Shown here piece after piece: positions 23,501 to 31,051 of a stretch of DNA of 59,104 nt. The notes beneath the pieces are model-generated. The model had not been told where the DNA came from. It searched no databases and saw only the letters and a program-made list of their open reading frames with translations. The position numbers and the translations under genes are program-made. Source of the DNA: a virus (taxonomy: Duplodnaviria > Caudoviricetes); IMG/VR virus record IMGVR_UViG_3300017788_000027, positions 1-59,104 of that record. One strand, written 5' to 3'. Numbering within the stretch: position 1 is the stretch's first letter; each line of letters opens with the position of its first letter.

Positions 23501-25545
23501 AAATACTAGAATTAGGAACTGGATACACCATTGATTATGATCAACAAACGGTGCAATTGACAACACCGCCAGTAGATAAGGCTATAGTATCTGTTGTAAG
23601 TTTTGGATATAACAGCGAAAATATTATAGATTTAGATGTATTCGTTGGTGACGGAAGCACATTTGAGTTTGTGACTAAAGCACCATGGGATACTACAGTA
23701 ACATCATTAGTTGTTGTTTCTGGAGCTTTGGAAAATTACGAATTATTTAGAACAGACAGCACTTATGATAGTCCAGATAAGATTGGTATTAGATTCGGTG
23801 TTGCACCCATTATAGGATCTATAATTAATTATTTGATTTCTGATTCAGAAGAGCGTACATACAGTCTAGCATCAAGAGAAACAATAGTTGCTGACGGATC
23901 ATCAAAAGTATATCCGTTAACATTATCTGTAGGATCAGCATTACCTTACGAAGCTAGTTTGTTTGTTAGAAACGGTAACACTGTATTAAATGGCCCTAAT
24001 AACACATACTATACTATGGAAAACGATCAGTTGATTTATGACATACCAACTGAAAAATTTCAAGCATCATTATATGACATTAATGATTTCAAAGTGTATA
24101 GAGATGGTGAACAGTTGATCTTAATGGTGGGTTATACTCTAGACCTATTAAACGGTACTGTAACTATAAATCCTGCAGTTTATGTAGAAGGTGGAAAATT
24201 AGTAGTAAGTATACTTACAACTGCTGATTACGTTATAACTACAGATTCAACTGTAAAACTTATCGAGTTCACAGTAGCACCTACAGCAGGCAGTGAAATA
24301 ACTATCACTTCTATGTTTGATCATGATATTTTAGATATAGAAACTACCGAATCAACGATACTCAGCAATATTACTATTGCGTCAAATACTTTAGATTACT
24401 TTAGATACAATCAAATTAAAGGCGGTGTGTTAGATTTGGGTAGACAGGTTTTAAGTGATGATTATGTATGGGTAGTTAAAAATAATAATCTCTTAACTCA
24501 TAGTGTTGATTATGTACTAAAATCAACAAAGGATGCTGTGAAATTAACTTTGGACCCACAGTTAAACGATTCATTTACTGTGATAACATTCTCCAGTAAT
24601 GTCGTTAGACAATCATTCGGATTCATGCAGTTCAAAGATATGCTGAATAGGGTTCATTATAAGAGATTGAATAAAGAAAAAGAAACGGTATTAATTCAAC
24701 CTTTAAATTATTATGATTCTGTAATTAGAGTTCAGGATGCATCTATACTTACAGAACCAAATAGAAATAGAAATATTCCTGGAGTGATCTATATTAACGG
24801 TGAGCGCATTGAGTTTTTTGAAATTGATGGTAATACTCTAGGACAATTACGCAGAGGAACACTGGGTACTGGAATTCCAACAGTACATCCTATTGAAACT
24901 ACACTGTTTGATATGGGCACTAGCGAAACAATTCCTTACAATGATGAAACGTTGATTGATACATTTGTCTATGACGGCAGCACAAACTTAATACCGTTAC
25001 CATACTTGCCTAATCCAACAACTGGAACTATAGATGATGGCAGCACACTATACACAGAATGGCAGCGTGATACCATACCAGCACAGTTTGGGCAATCAGA
25101 TGAATTAGACGTGTTTGTGGGAGGTTACAATATTTCAGGAGAATGGGTAGCAAATACTAGTTATTCGTTAGGTGATATTGTGATATATGGGTCATACACA
25201 TATCGTTGTGTTACAACCCATACAAGTTCAGAATCATTTGCCGACGATAGACCCAACTGGAAATATTTCATTGGCTATCAGAGATTGATAAAGCATCCTT
25301 ATGCAGTTCATAATCAAGAACTACATAATGAAAGTCCAGAAGGCGATGTTGATTTTGAAGCTGACTTTGCAGTCAACGGAACCACAAATGCTGTAAGAAT
25401 TACACAAGAACTTAGTATTGGTACACGAGTAGTTACTGTTAAACGAATTGGACGTGTTTGGAATGATCCTGGTAGGAGATTAATTGATTCTAATAATAAA
25501 ATCGCTAATTTCCTTAAGGAAAAGCCCACTATGTTTCCACGATAA
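11599..25545 (+). CDS. Giant virion structural protein (4648 aa), gp7-like baseplate wedge scaffold with accessory domains
   Basis: Coupled to gp6. Contains GxGY...P.V.I.G repeats, seven CBM5/12-like modules, FG-GAP-like propeller repeats, a cupredoxin-like segment and C-terminal LRRGTLGT. Confidence 0.75.
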   Translation: MAEEQNEYGLPIGKGEKRRGAKLLPRYYRTEPNKKFIQATIDQLTQTGTVRRLNGYIGRQNAKAVTGKDVFLDAPTVDRKDYQLEPALVVRDELDNVTFFKDYIDYINTVDVLGGINDNHQILNKQELYSWRPHVNWDKLTNFQQYYWLPYGPSTVKIFGQQQNITSTYTVNISDEGDNRAYVFTPNGLSRNPTLRLYRGQTYRFEIDAPNEPFSIKTQRVAGTLFRYTKNVSSNAVESGVIEFTVPEDAPDVLYYVSENSVDTGGTWQVFDIEENTTINVDEEVIGKKTYVLPNGVALSNGMKISFGGNVVPAIYSKGAFYVEGVGDKIYLISELSLEVISGYSGSFEVLFDDSGFDSLPFSDATAFASQKDYITINRGSGDRNPWSRYNRWFHQDVIIKSAELAGEQPVLDQDRRATRPIIEFDANIKLYNFGTQTKVDVDLVDVYTADVFSTIEGSTGYNIDGVQLANGQRILFLADTDTLVKNRIFRVQFLNLTPPGENIKRQIHLVEETDAMPLTNETVLVRSGNDYQGKMFWFDGTSWKVTQEKTSINQAPLFDLFDEEGTSLNDPVKYQGSTFAGNKIFSYKSGIGSKDPILGFSLAYRNINNVGDIVFTFDLLQNSFSYKQFVDVITEKTDGKFLKIYKGLDYGTHVNGWVKTSLDNVQPIIRIYKDTDLTSVFPIDVYDNIDELSDLLVKVYINGKRLEKENWNIENGAIYKNVVLNRPVTPTDVVTLKCYAKQKKNANGYYDLPVNLQNNPLNNNINEFTLGEVIDHVDSIVDNYPAFAGQYPGASNLRDQGNLSTYGIKFVQHAGPLNFGAYFLTSRNANVIKAIEQAREEYGKFKRNFANVAKSKGDSLSTKQFVDEILFEINKDNPKNSPYYFSDMIGFGASTKTDYTVIDFRIKTYPLSNVFSLNQLTNKAVYVYLNDIQLVYEKDYTFNSAGFVELTTTVELADNDVITVYEYESTDGCCIPQTPSALGLWPKFEPKKYLDTTLVTPQNVIQGHDGSIILAFNDYRDDLILELEKRIFNNIKITYDSSVLDFYDILPGYNRNTDYSLDEFNRVLAPNFYQWTQLIDRDFTKPLTYAAENPFTYNYSKNSAPDGRTLPGYWRGVYTWLFDTDRIHICPWESLGYTIEPKWWQEVYGPAPYTRNNLILWQDLKEGIVREPGKPIIRYPKFARPVLENIPVDDAGNLLDPVNANIAKGYFRSQLSDDFVFGDNSPVEAAWRRSSFYPFSVLSSMILMQPNKLIGAFIDRSRVVRSDSGQLVYTPTNLRLRLQDLVVPSTIDDEERRMTAGLINYIVDYILSDNLRSLEEFKNDLKSLTNQLSHRLGGFTSKEKFNLILDSKSPIATAGVFVPQENYKIFLNTSSPTKKLLYSGVIITKILTKYGSGFEVKGYSQKTPFFYFYPWTQSGITINVGGISESFINWTAGQQYVVGNIVRFNNNFYRVKTTHVAQTNIDLSLYQKLPALPIVGGRDAVLRKEWDRTPVLLNYGHTFISIQEVVDFLQGYGEFLKDQGFVFDDYNTNLKSIASWETAVKEFLFWTTQNWSTGEEKYVDWQANKFFKADEIVIYNGDYYRSRRDHTATDLFDESIYKKIDNLNQDGASVITMSPSALGLSLKLDFNVVDDLRDEFNDYEIFKADGQKFEQNFINYTRDDNVFAFSPRVGGIGIYGAGFYLVQKEHVLIIDNTTQFNDTIYDLEAGYRQERIRVSGYKTIDWYGGFDVPGFVYDKAEIKDWQPWNDYNLGDTVRYKEFYYSANKFLSGSQDFNSDDWIRLDEKPEARLIPNWDYKADQFTDFYDLESDNFDADQQRIAQHLIGYQKRQYLENIIKNDVSEFKFYQGMIPEKGTQNVLNKLFDVLSAADQESINFDEEWAVRIGQYGGADAFEEIEFSLDEDLFKVNPQGFELVDTVDESKVDFIIRQSPGDIYVKPKNYNNNPWPVNDNFIPYLRTPGYVRYDQVSINIDSLENILDQNIEVFSEGDYVWCAFESRDWQVYRFTSAEFFARDVEYADGVLKIQCDKVPTVQVGDFIGITNSEKIQGFHKVDDVVLNSIFIRKQIAGWQSPFQDSSQVLIYKFLPQRYSSVDSEIDLPKVLKPKEIIWTDDDGSDKAAVWQNEPVYTRKKLTNASPSSNEFLGKAIAVNSTAGTLAVSDTNTIKLYQKSTSITGWTRQQSIEKPPAFAFASSYGDVLSLAPDGKWLAVGMPEASNVMTKLRGVYDNTGATTYNVGDIVKVGNTYWKAKKTVVGDGSSISLNSLDWEPAYILEFDSTGSSAGVMKQGAVALYISDSNNDYQYLTTIVSPEPGLNEHFGDKIRIVKIGSDYKMIISAPGYPSGNNQGRVYLFKYDSTTLQWQIDYDTRYRGFYNNTIRYFSGDIVFFDYKLYQAVSETIAQSPTTTEFWQRITDKKIYGYFPQPVVDSTVIDGNLIYLPLPGDDSTVIDGLGDSTSQASELVESIRSGDQYGYDFDVSEDGVYIVVSAPSADQLVYDNFKGIYRTNLTYVVDDVVLHSGAYYKCIIDFNGAVAGAFDASKWQLLSSSLEANNGKVFVYKKDEDSYDLIQTLGKTNVEFRNAERFGESVSVATDGSWLAVGSLLADDTKSDQGLVRTFKLADTFDLVQIIKNRSPEVVEGFGAKIQFINDNKSLAIFSVLGDSFVKTIFDNASTTFDRASTRVVDYNIDSGRVDVYDRFSQNFVYAESLLVDNVFGEKYGFGFAGAKNVVVVSAPNEGTNLVNIGAVYTYEKNPTKNSWSKIQEESDKVDLSKIKKAFLYNKKTNELISYLDIIDPVQGKISGVAEQEIKYKTYHDPATYSIGNDAVTVDEGMAWTDKQVGMLWWDLTRAKFLDSYTGELVYKNSTWNTLYETASIDIYEWVESKITPLEWDAQADTEAGLSSGISGKSLYGNAVYSVKKRYDTVAKTFKNTYYFWVKNKTVIPNVRDRRISASDVSALIADPKGQGIKFVEFTGTNSFSLVNVKNSLINSGVVLVVQYWLVDQDNLNVHSDWKIISKNINTTIPKTIEDKWIDSLIGVDANDRSVPDLTLPPKQRYGVQFRPRQSMFVNRLEALKLFVERINLELANLLIVDSADLSNFFDKDLEPSTVSGHYDYVIDTNQELRLVNTGAYRKPELLPIVVDGAIVAVDVVNPGAGYKYAPPVVINGVGKDAVIRTTIDEITGSIVSVSIVNKGYGYDEFNTSLTVRDLSTLIKSDVDAIGRWSIYAFDLIKNSWYRTNTQAYDVTNFWNYKDWYDVGYNQFVKIDYVVDSTYQLYTLESEIGQLVKVKNVGSFGWVLLEKFANVKSIDYTQSYKVVGRQNGTIQISNKFYQFVANNLGYDGPLYDADTFDNSGSIELRTILTALRDKILIDDLRPIYLDLFFLGLKHALSEQTFVDWAFKTSFVKAMHNVGELKQKVTYNNDNLSDFEQYINEVKPYRTKIREYVSSYNAIDESKSMVTDFDLPPITKGDKIETIFAKIQDGKVFCEDPEINEYPWKHWLDNAGFYVSEIVIIDGGTGYINRPVVNIIGDNTIQAKARAFIANGKVTKIELLTKGSGYFEAPQIEITGGLSTTGTPARAVAYIKNDLVRSNLIKIKFDRITKNYFITDLNATEVFIGTGSRLQYALKWSPDTRTGKTIVKINDQEALRDTYTISSKKTINRGYTSYSGLLTFDSAPTSGDVIEISYVKDFNYLSAADRINYYYDPQTGQLGKDLAQLMTGVDYGGVNIIGLDFKASSGWDELPWYTDTWDAFDPTFDDYIVTVADSSYEFELPYTPINGQQINVYVNGVRIDDPYFDVYDGSTVQPNGRTVAPATAKMKTLVGNGVINTFILPNLGSNPPLDINAGDQVIFRKSTSDGSKQTSNLDYDTQLSGGDMAYTTATGLAAEDIIVDGDGFVTPTTSSAPEEVVPGQVVDAVAIKVLQRTDSASANIKANNYIGDGVTNVFNMGQAPNTEQAVVVKVGNQILELGTGYTIDYDQQTVQLTTPPVDKAIVSVVSFGYNSENIIDLDVFVGDGSTFEFVTKAPWDTTVTSLVVVSGALENYELFRTDSTYDSPDKIGIRFGVAPIIGSIINYLISDSEERTYSLASRETIVADGSSKVYPLTLSVGSALPYEASLFVRNGNTVLNGPNNTYYTMENDQLIYDIPTEKFQASLYDINDFKVYRDGEQLILMVGYTLDLLNGTVTINPAVYVEGGKLVVSILTTADYVITTDSTVKLIEFTVAPTAGSEITITSMFDHDILDIETTESTILSNITIASNTLDYFRYNQIKGGVLDLGRQVLSDDYVWVVKNNNLLTHSVDYVLKSTKDAVKLTLDPQLNDSFTVITFSSNVVRQSFGFMQFKDMLNRVHYKRLNKEKETVLIQPLNYYDSVIRVQDASILTEPNRNRNIPGVIYINGERIEFFEIDGNTLGQLRRGTLGTGIPTVHPIETTLFDMGTSETIPYNDETLIDTFVYDGSTNLIPLPYLPNPTTGTIDDGSTLYTEWQRDTIPAQFGQSDELDVFVGGYNISGEWVANTSYSLGDIVIYGSYTYRCVTTHTSSESFADDRPNWKYFIGYQRLIKHPYAVHNQELHNESPEGDVDFEADFAVNGTTNAVRITQELSIGTRVVTVKRIGRVWNDPGRRLIDSNNKIANFLKEKPTMFPR

Positions 25546-25548
25546 ATA
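25543..25548 (+). promoter_or_regulatory. Putative late promoter core TAAATA
   Basis: GATAAATA overlapping the giant gene stop, upstream of 25568. Confidence 0.6.
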
Positions 25549-25567
25549 TGTTGATTGAGAGAGAATT

Positions 25568-26176
25568 ATGCAAACAAAAGATCTAACTGGCATACATTTA
25601 GAAGGGCACATTAAAATCTGGGATCCAGAAAGCAAGGAAATCTATGTGAATAAACGCAATGCCATACACTATGAAAACATGAGTGTGGCACTAGCTGAAA
25701 GCATAGCCAACTCTGGTCAGGGATTTATATATGAAATGGCATTCGGCAACGGTGGAACTACTGTTGATCCTACTGGCATTATTACATATTTGACACCAAA
25801 TAGCACAGGCATTAACGCCAGTCTATATAATCAACGCTATACCAAAGTAGTCGATGATAGAAGCGTCTCCAATGTTGACCCCACAAGAAATTATATTGAA
25901 ACAAGACACGTAACTGGTGTTAATTATACCGATGTGTTTGTAACGTGCCTATTAGATTATGGTGATGGTACTGGACAAAGTGCTTTTGATAATACTACAA
26001 ATAATGACAGTAGTTTTGTATTTGATGAACTAGGATTAAAATCATATAGCAGTTCAGGAAACAGTAAACTACTAACACACGTGATATTTCATCCTGTGCA
26101 AAAAAGTTTAAATCGTCTAATTCAAATTGATTATACCGTTAGAATTCAAAGCCTAACAGGCCTAAGTGGAGCATGA
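25568..26176 (+). CDS. Baseplate/tail structural protein
   Basis: MAFGNGG...FDELGL...LLTHVIFHPVQKS...IDYTVR pattern; lies between wedge and fibre genes. Confidence 0.6.
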   Translation: MQTKDLTGIHLEGHIKIWDPESKEIYVNKRNAIHYENMSVALAESIANSGQGFIYEMAFGNGGTTVDPTGIITYLTPNSTGINASLYNQRYTKVVDDRSVSNVDPTRNYIETRHVTGVNYTDVFVTCLLDYGDGTGQSAFDNTTNNDSSFVFDELGLKSYSSSGNSKLLTHVIFHPVQKSLNRLIQIDYTVRIQSLTGLSGA

Positions 26177-26177
26177 T

Positions 26178-28256
26178 ATGAGTTATCAGGTACGATTTAC
26201 AGATATTACTAAAACACCGATAACAGTTGAAGATCAAACTCTAAACACTGAAAAAAGTATTGGCTTTATTGGCAAAAATTATGCCGGCTACAGTCAAGTA
26301 GTTGGTGAAAATTTTCTACATCTATTAGAAAATTTTGCTAGAAGTTCGGCGCCACCCAATCCAATACAGGGACAACTATGGTATGATACTACTGTAGGTA
26401 TCAATAATCAACTTAAATTATATGATGGCACAACCTGGGTAGCCGCAGGTAATGTCAAAAAGTCTACAACACAGCCAGTTACAGCAGTTGTTGGCGATTT
26501 ATGGGTAGACACTGATAACCAACAATTATATTTGTACAACGGTACACTTTGGGTACTAGTTGGTCCACAGTTCAGCGATGGTCAAGAAACAGGTGCTAGG
26601 GTAGATTCTGTTCCTGATAGTGTAGGTGACAGCAGTAGATCTATACTTAGACTATTAGTTAAAGGTGAAACAGTTGCTATTCTCAGTGAAAGAGATTTTA
26701 CTCCTAAGGCTGCTATTGAGGGGTTTACTACTCTTAAACAGGGCATAAATTTATCTACAAAGAATTTTAATAATAGTACTACTGGTAACAAATATTGGGG
26801 TGTGGCTGAAAAAGCAGAGGCATTAATTGTTGGTACAGCGACGATTTCATCATCAAACTTTTTAAGATCAGACGTTATCAGTACAACAAATTTTGGTTTA
26901 AATGTAAGAAACAATGCAGGTATAAGTGTTGGCGGTGATTTGGCGTTGAGCGTGGGCATTGAAAACAATAGCGGAGTTTTGTACAACAAGATATCTGGAT
27001 CTAGCATAGATTTTAAATTAAAGTCTGGTAGCACAACACCTATTGTCTTAAGAATTGATAGTAATCAACGTATTGGAGTTAATAAAACAAATCCTGACGA
27101 AGCTGTGGATGTTACTGGAAATATCAAAACTGATGGTAAAATTATTGTCACTGGTACAGAAGATGCTACTAATTTAATCACTGGCAGTATATCTACAGCA
27201 GGTGGTGCTAGCATTGCAAAAAATTTAAGAGTTGGTAATGAGTTAAACATTGGTGGTGATGCACTATTAAAAAATACTTTACCTCAGCAGAATAATTCTT
27301 TTGATTTAGGTTCTTCGACAGTCAAATGGAACAACGTGTATGCTACCAATGTTAATGCTACTAACCTTACAGGAAGTTTTACAGGGTTTTTAACAGGTAA
27401 TATTTCAGGGTCAGCTACTAGCCTAGTTAATAGCGCAACATTTAGCTTAGGTGACAGAATTGGTCCTACAGGCGCAATTTTACAGGCCAGTGATGTGGTA
27501 AGCACAGGAGTGGCATTTAACGGTACACAGGGAAATGTTGTTTTAACTGGAACGATCAGTAGTAGTTTTATTGCAAATAAAACAGAAGCCACTGATTCAT
27601 TCTCGGCAGATGAATTTTTGATCAATAGAGGCGGAATATTACGAAGATTAACTAAACAAACTTTTTTAAGAAATGTGCCTACTATTCCTACTGGTACGAT
27701 ATTGCCGTTTGCTGGAAACATTATACCTACAGGTTATCTGCTTTGTGACGGTAGTGAACAACAGATAGCCAGTTATCCTGAATTATTTTCAGTTATTCAA
27801 TATTCGTATAAATCTATTAGTCTGCTCACTGGGGTGGCTACATTTGCCCTCCCAGATCTACGAGGAAGATTTCCCTTAGGTCGTGATGATATGAGTAATG
27901 CCAGTGCATCTAATCCTGCTGATAGGGTCACAGATGTTGCTGCCGATACTGTTGGCCTTGTCGGCGGGGCTTCAGAAGTTACATTAACTAGAAATAATCT
28001 CCCACAGCACGTACACGATTTAAAAGGTAATGCCGGAAGTCAATTCTATGCGTTTGCTCCTAGAACAGGAACGCCACCAGATACAAATGCTGAAGCAGCT
28101 AACGGTACTGTGGCTTCAGGACAAGGACAATTAATGGTTAATAGCGGTAATATTTTCATGGATGATCTGCCATCTAGTACATTAAATGTGCCGATCAATG
28201 TGACTAATCATTATCAAACAATAAATTATATCATATTTACAGGTAGGATAGCATAA
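26178..28256 (+). CDS. Tail fibre protein with phage tail-collar domain (gp12-like short fibre)
   Basis: PTGTILPFAG...GYLLCDGS...FALPDLRGRFPLG collar motif, LPQHVH and INYIIFTG. Start moved to ATG 26178 (GGAG RBS). Confidence 0.85.
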   Translation: MSYQVRFTDITKTPITVEDQTLNTEKSIGFIGKNYAGYSQVVGENFLHLLENFARSSAPPNPIQGQLWYDTTVGINNQLKLYDGTTWVAAGNVKKSTTQPVTAVVGDLWVDTDNQQLYLYNGTLWVLVGPQFSDGQETGARVDSVPDSVGDSSRSILRLLVKGETVAILSERDFTPKAAIEGFTTLKQGINLSTKNFNNSTTGNKYWGVAEKAEALIVGTATISSSNFLRSDVISTTNFGLNVRNNAGISVGGDLALSVGIENNSGVLYNKISGSSIDFKLKSGSTTPIVLRIDSNQRIGVNKTNPDEAVDVTGNIKTDGKIIVTGTEDATNLITGSISTAGGASIAKNLRVGNELNIGGDALLKNTLPQQNNSFDLGSSTVKWNNVYATNVNATNLTGSFTGFLTGNISGSATSLVNSATFSLGDRIGPTGAILQASDVVSTGVAFNGTQGNVVLTGTISSSFIANKTEATDSFSADEFLINRGGILRRLTKQTFLRNVPTIPTGTILPFAGNIIPTGYLLCDGSEQQIASYPELFSVIQYSYKSISLLTGVATFALPDLRGRFPLGRDDMSNASASNPADRVTDVAADTVGLVGGASEVTLTRNNLPQHVHDLKGNAGSQFYAFAPRTGTPPDTNAEAANGTVASGQGQLMVNSGNIFMDDLPSSTLNVPINVTNHYQTINYIIFTGRIA

Positions 28257-29518
28257 TGGCGTATGTTCTCAATAAAACAGATGGGTCGGAACTTACCGAG
28301 CTATTAGATAATGTTATAGATCAAACAACTATTGATCTTACTCTAATAGGTAAGAATGCATCTAATTACGGTGAAGTGCTTAATGAAAATTTTATTAAAC
28401 TTTTAGAAAATTTTTCTAACACAGCACCACCCAACTTCCCTGTTACAGGTCAGATATGGTATGACAGTGGAGAGAACAGATTAAAAATCTATGATGGCAC
28501 ACAGTTTAGAACCAGTGGTGGCCCCATAGTTTCCACAACGACTCCCACAAGTTTTATTCAAGGCGACATATGGATTAATAATACTACTAATCAAATGTAT
28601 TTTTATGACGGGGTAGATCTACTACTTGCCGGGCCACTCTATACTGATGAGCAGGGAATATCAGGTCCCGAAGTTGTTAGCGTACAGGATACAAGTGGAA
28701 ATGTAAAGACGATTGTAAAAATATGGGTCGGTCAGGTTTTATTAGGTATTTGGAGCAAGGAACAGTTTACACCAGCGACCTCTATTAGTGGATTTTCTGG
28801 GGTTATTAGAGTAGGGTTTAACGCCAGTACTTTATCCGGATCAAAATTTCATGTTACAGCAACAATGGCTGATGCACTTGTTGATCCGTTAGGAAACCTA
28901 AAAACCACAGCCAGTTTTGTCAGTACTGATGCTAATTCTAATATGGCCGGAACACTGTCTATCCAAAATGCTACTCCGTTGATAATTGGTTCAAATCAAA
29001 ATAATGAGTTCAGAGTTAGTTCATCATCCTTCCAGATAGTTAGCAATAATGCCGGACAAGATTTTAGGATCAAATTAAAAGATCTTTCAGTGTTTGACGC
29101 ATTGGTGATAAATTCAATAGGACCGTATATGGGAGTGTTCAATTCCTCCCCAACTAGTGCTTTAGATGTTACGGGCGATGTCAAAGTTTCAGGCAATATT
29201 ACATTGACTGCCGGCAAGTTTTTGCCTAAATATACTTTAGTTCCATCAAATCATGCAGCACAATCCGGTGAGAGATTAATAATAGACCATCTTGCGCCGG
29301 TGACAGTTACACTACCGTCAGACCCGTCAGTGGGCGATTATGTGACTTTTATCGACGGATCTAGCGGTGGATTCTCAACCAACAATTTAACTATAGATAG
29401 AAATGGCAGCGAAATCAATAATGCTTCGTCAAATCTCGTGGTTTCTATATCAGGGGCATCGTTTACCCTCGTTTACACAGAAAATAGAGGTTGGGTCTAT
29501 GATAACTATTTGGTTTGA
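28256..29518 (+). CDS. Tail fibre/baseplate connector protein
   Basis: Shares the N-terminal IGKN...ENF..LLENF module with its neighbours. C-terminal VTVTLP..P..GD.V.FID...NNLTIDRNG...LVY...GW domain is gp9/gp10-like. Confidence 0.7.
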   Translation: MAYVLNKTDGSELTELLDNVIDQTTIDLTLIGKNASNYGEVLNENFIKLLENFSNTAPPNFPVTGQIWYDSGENRLKIYDGTQFRTSGGPIVSTTTPTSFIQGDIWINNTTNQMYFYDGVDLLLAGPLYTDEQGISGPEVVSVQDTSGNVKTIVKIWVGQVLLGIWSKEQFTPATSISGFSGVIRVGFNASTLSGSKFHVTATMADALVDPLGNLKTTASFVSTDANSNMAGTLSIQNATPLIIGSNQNNEFRVSSSSFQIVSNNAGQDFRIKLKDLSVFDALVINSIGPYMGVFNSSPTSALDVTGDVKVSGNITLTAGKFLPKYTLVPSNHAAQSGERLIIDHLAPVTVTLPSDPSVGDYVTFIDGSSGGFSTNNLTIDRNGSEINNASSNLVVSISGASFTLVYTENRGWVYDNYLV

Positions 29519-29519
29519 A

Positions 29520-29525
29520 TAAATA
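29520..29525 (+). promoter_or_regulatory. Putative late promoter core TAAATA
   Basis: AATAAATA in the gap before 29545. Confidence 0.6.
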
Positions 29526-29544
29526 TAAAAAAGGGGTTTAAGGG

Positions 29545-31020
29545 ATGCCTTATAATATTAATAGATATAATGGAACATTGCTAGCAGTGGTCGAAGATGG
29601 CACTGTTGATAACACGCTAGATGTTAAATTAATCGGTAAAAACTATGCCGGTTATGGTGAGGTACAGAATGAAAATTTTGTACATCTTCTAGAAAATTTT
29701 GCAGGTACTTCAGAACCTGCTAGAAAAACAACAGGCCAGATCTGGTTTGATAGCGGAACCAAAAAACTAAAGTTTTACGATGGTGTCAAATTTAGAACCA
29801 CCGGTGGAGCAGAAGTAGGTACTACCGCTCCTACGGGTCTAACCACAGGTGATTTTTGGTTTAATACGTCAACGAATCAGCTTTATGCATGGAATGGCTC
29901 CCAATTTGATCTCATTGGTCCACAAGCTGTTGCTGATGCAGAAACTACTCAATTAAGATCGAGAAGTGTAGTTGATAATTTAGGTTCAACACACGCAATT
30001 GTAGAAGCAATAGTTGATGGTACAACGATTTATATTATATCTTCAGATGAATTTACCCTTAACAATGCAGTTAACGCTATCACAGGTTTCAGCACCATTA
30101 AGAAAGGTATCACTTTAGTCAATACTCCCAATATCACTGCTGGAGTTGAAACTGAAGGTGTTACCTCTACTGATCACAGATTTTGGGGTACTGTGAGTAA
30201 CGCTCTCAAATTAGGCGGGGTCACAGCTGACAAATATGTGAGAAATGATGTTTCTGTAATACCAACCGCCATTCAACGGTTTGCAGATGTGGGATATACT
30301 GTAGGTAATGACAATGACTTAAGAGTTTTTATTGACGGCACTACACCGACAATTATTAACGATATCAGTGATTCTATAGTTTTTAAAACAACATTGTCTG
30401 GAACTAAAATTCCAATGAGATTAGTTGGTGCAGACATACTCCCAGGAGTGCATAATACTTCCAATTTAGGATCTAGTGCTGTTAGATTTGCCACAGTATT
30501 TGCAATGTCTTTTAATGGAACAGCTACCCAAGCTGATAGTTTAAATGTTGGCGGTACTTACAGAACTGCAAGTACAGCTTCAAGTAACAATACAATCGCA
30601 GCACGAGATGCATCAGGAAACATTTTTGCTTCTAGATTTGAAGGGGTTGCTAGTTCTGCAGAATATGCTGACTTAGCTGAGATATATGCAACAGATAAAG
30701 GATATGAAGTAGGCACAGTGGTTGTTGTTGGCGGTGAAGCAGAAGTACGTGCATCAGCTTTTGGGGATAGAGCAATTGGGGTTATTTCAGCTAATCCTGC
30801 TTACCTGATGAACAAGGAAGCGGCAGGTCAGGCAGTTGCATTAAAAGGCCGAGTACCTGTGAAAGTAGTTGGAATTATTAAGAAAGGTGATAGGCTAGTC
30901 GCCGCTGATAACGGTTGTGCAGTTCACGCTACTTTCCATCAATTTGTTGATGTCTTCGGTATTGCCTTAGAATCCAGCGACGATGTTGGTGTAAAATTAA
31001 TTGAAGCAGTTATACTGTAA
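29545..31020 (+). CDS. Tail fibre protein with C-terminal peptidase G2-type intramolecular chaperone
   Basis: Shared N-terminal module; C-terminal YADLAEIY...GVISANPAYLMN...VALKGRVPVKV...KGDRLV. Confidence 0.8.
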   Translation: MPYNINRYNGTLLAVVEDGTVDNTLDVKLIGKNYAGYGEVQNENFVHLLENFAGTSEPARKTTGQIWFDSGTKKLKFYDGVKFRTTGGAEVGTTAPTGLTTGDFWFNTSTNQLYAWNGSQFDLIGPQAVADAETTQLRSRSVVDNLGSTHAIVEAIVDGTTIYIISSDEFTLNNAVNAITGFSTIKKGITLVNTPNITAGVETEGVTSTDHRFWGTVSNALKLGGVTADKYVRNDVSVIPTAIQRFADVGYTVGNDNDLRVFIDGTTPTIINDISDSIVFKTTLSGTKIPMRLVGADILPGVHNTSNLGSSAVRFATVFAMSFNGTATQADSLNVGGTYRTASTASSNNTIAARDASGNIFASRFEGVASSAEYADLAEIYATDKGYEVGTVVVVGGEAEVRASAFGDRAIGVISANPAYLMNKEAAGQAVALKGRVPVKVVGIIKKGDRLVAADNGCAVHATFHQFVDVFGIALESSDDVGVKLIEAVIL

Positions 31021-31026
31021 TAAATA
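31021..31026 (+). promoter_or_regulatory. Putative late promoter core TAAATA
   Basis: Immediately after the fibre stop; a second copy lies at 31047-31052. Confidence 0.55.
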
Positions 31027-31051
31027 ACGAAACTAAGAAAAGAGAGTAAAT

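Noticed and set aside
11599-25545. Intein or intron explaining the size of the giant gene
   Set aside because: No intein splice-junction or homing endonuclease motifs were recognised; the length is accounted for by repeated structural domains.
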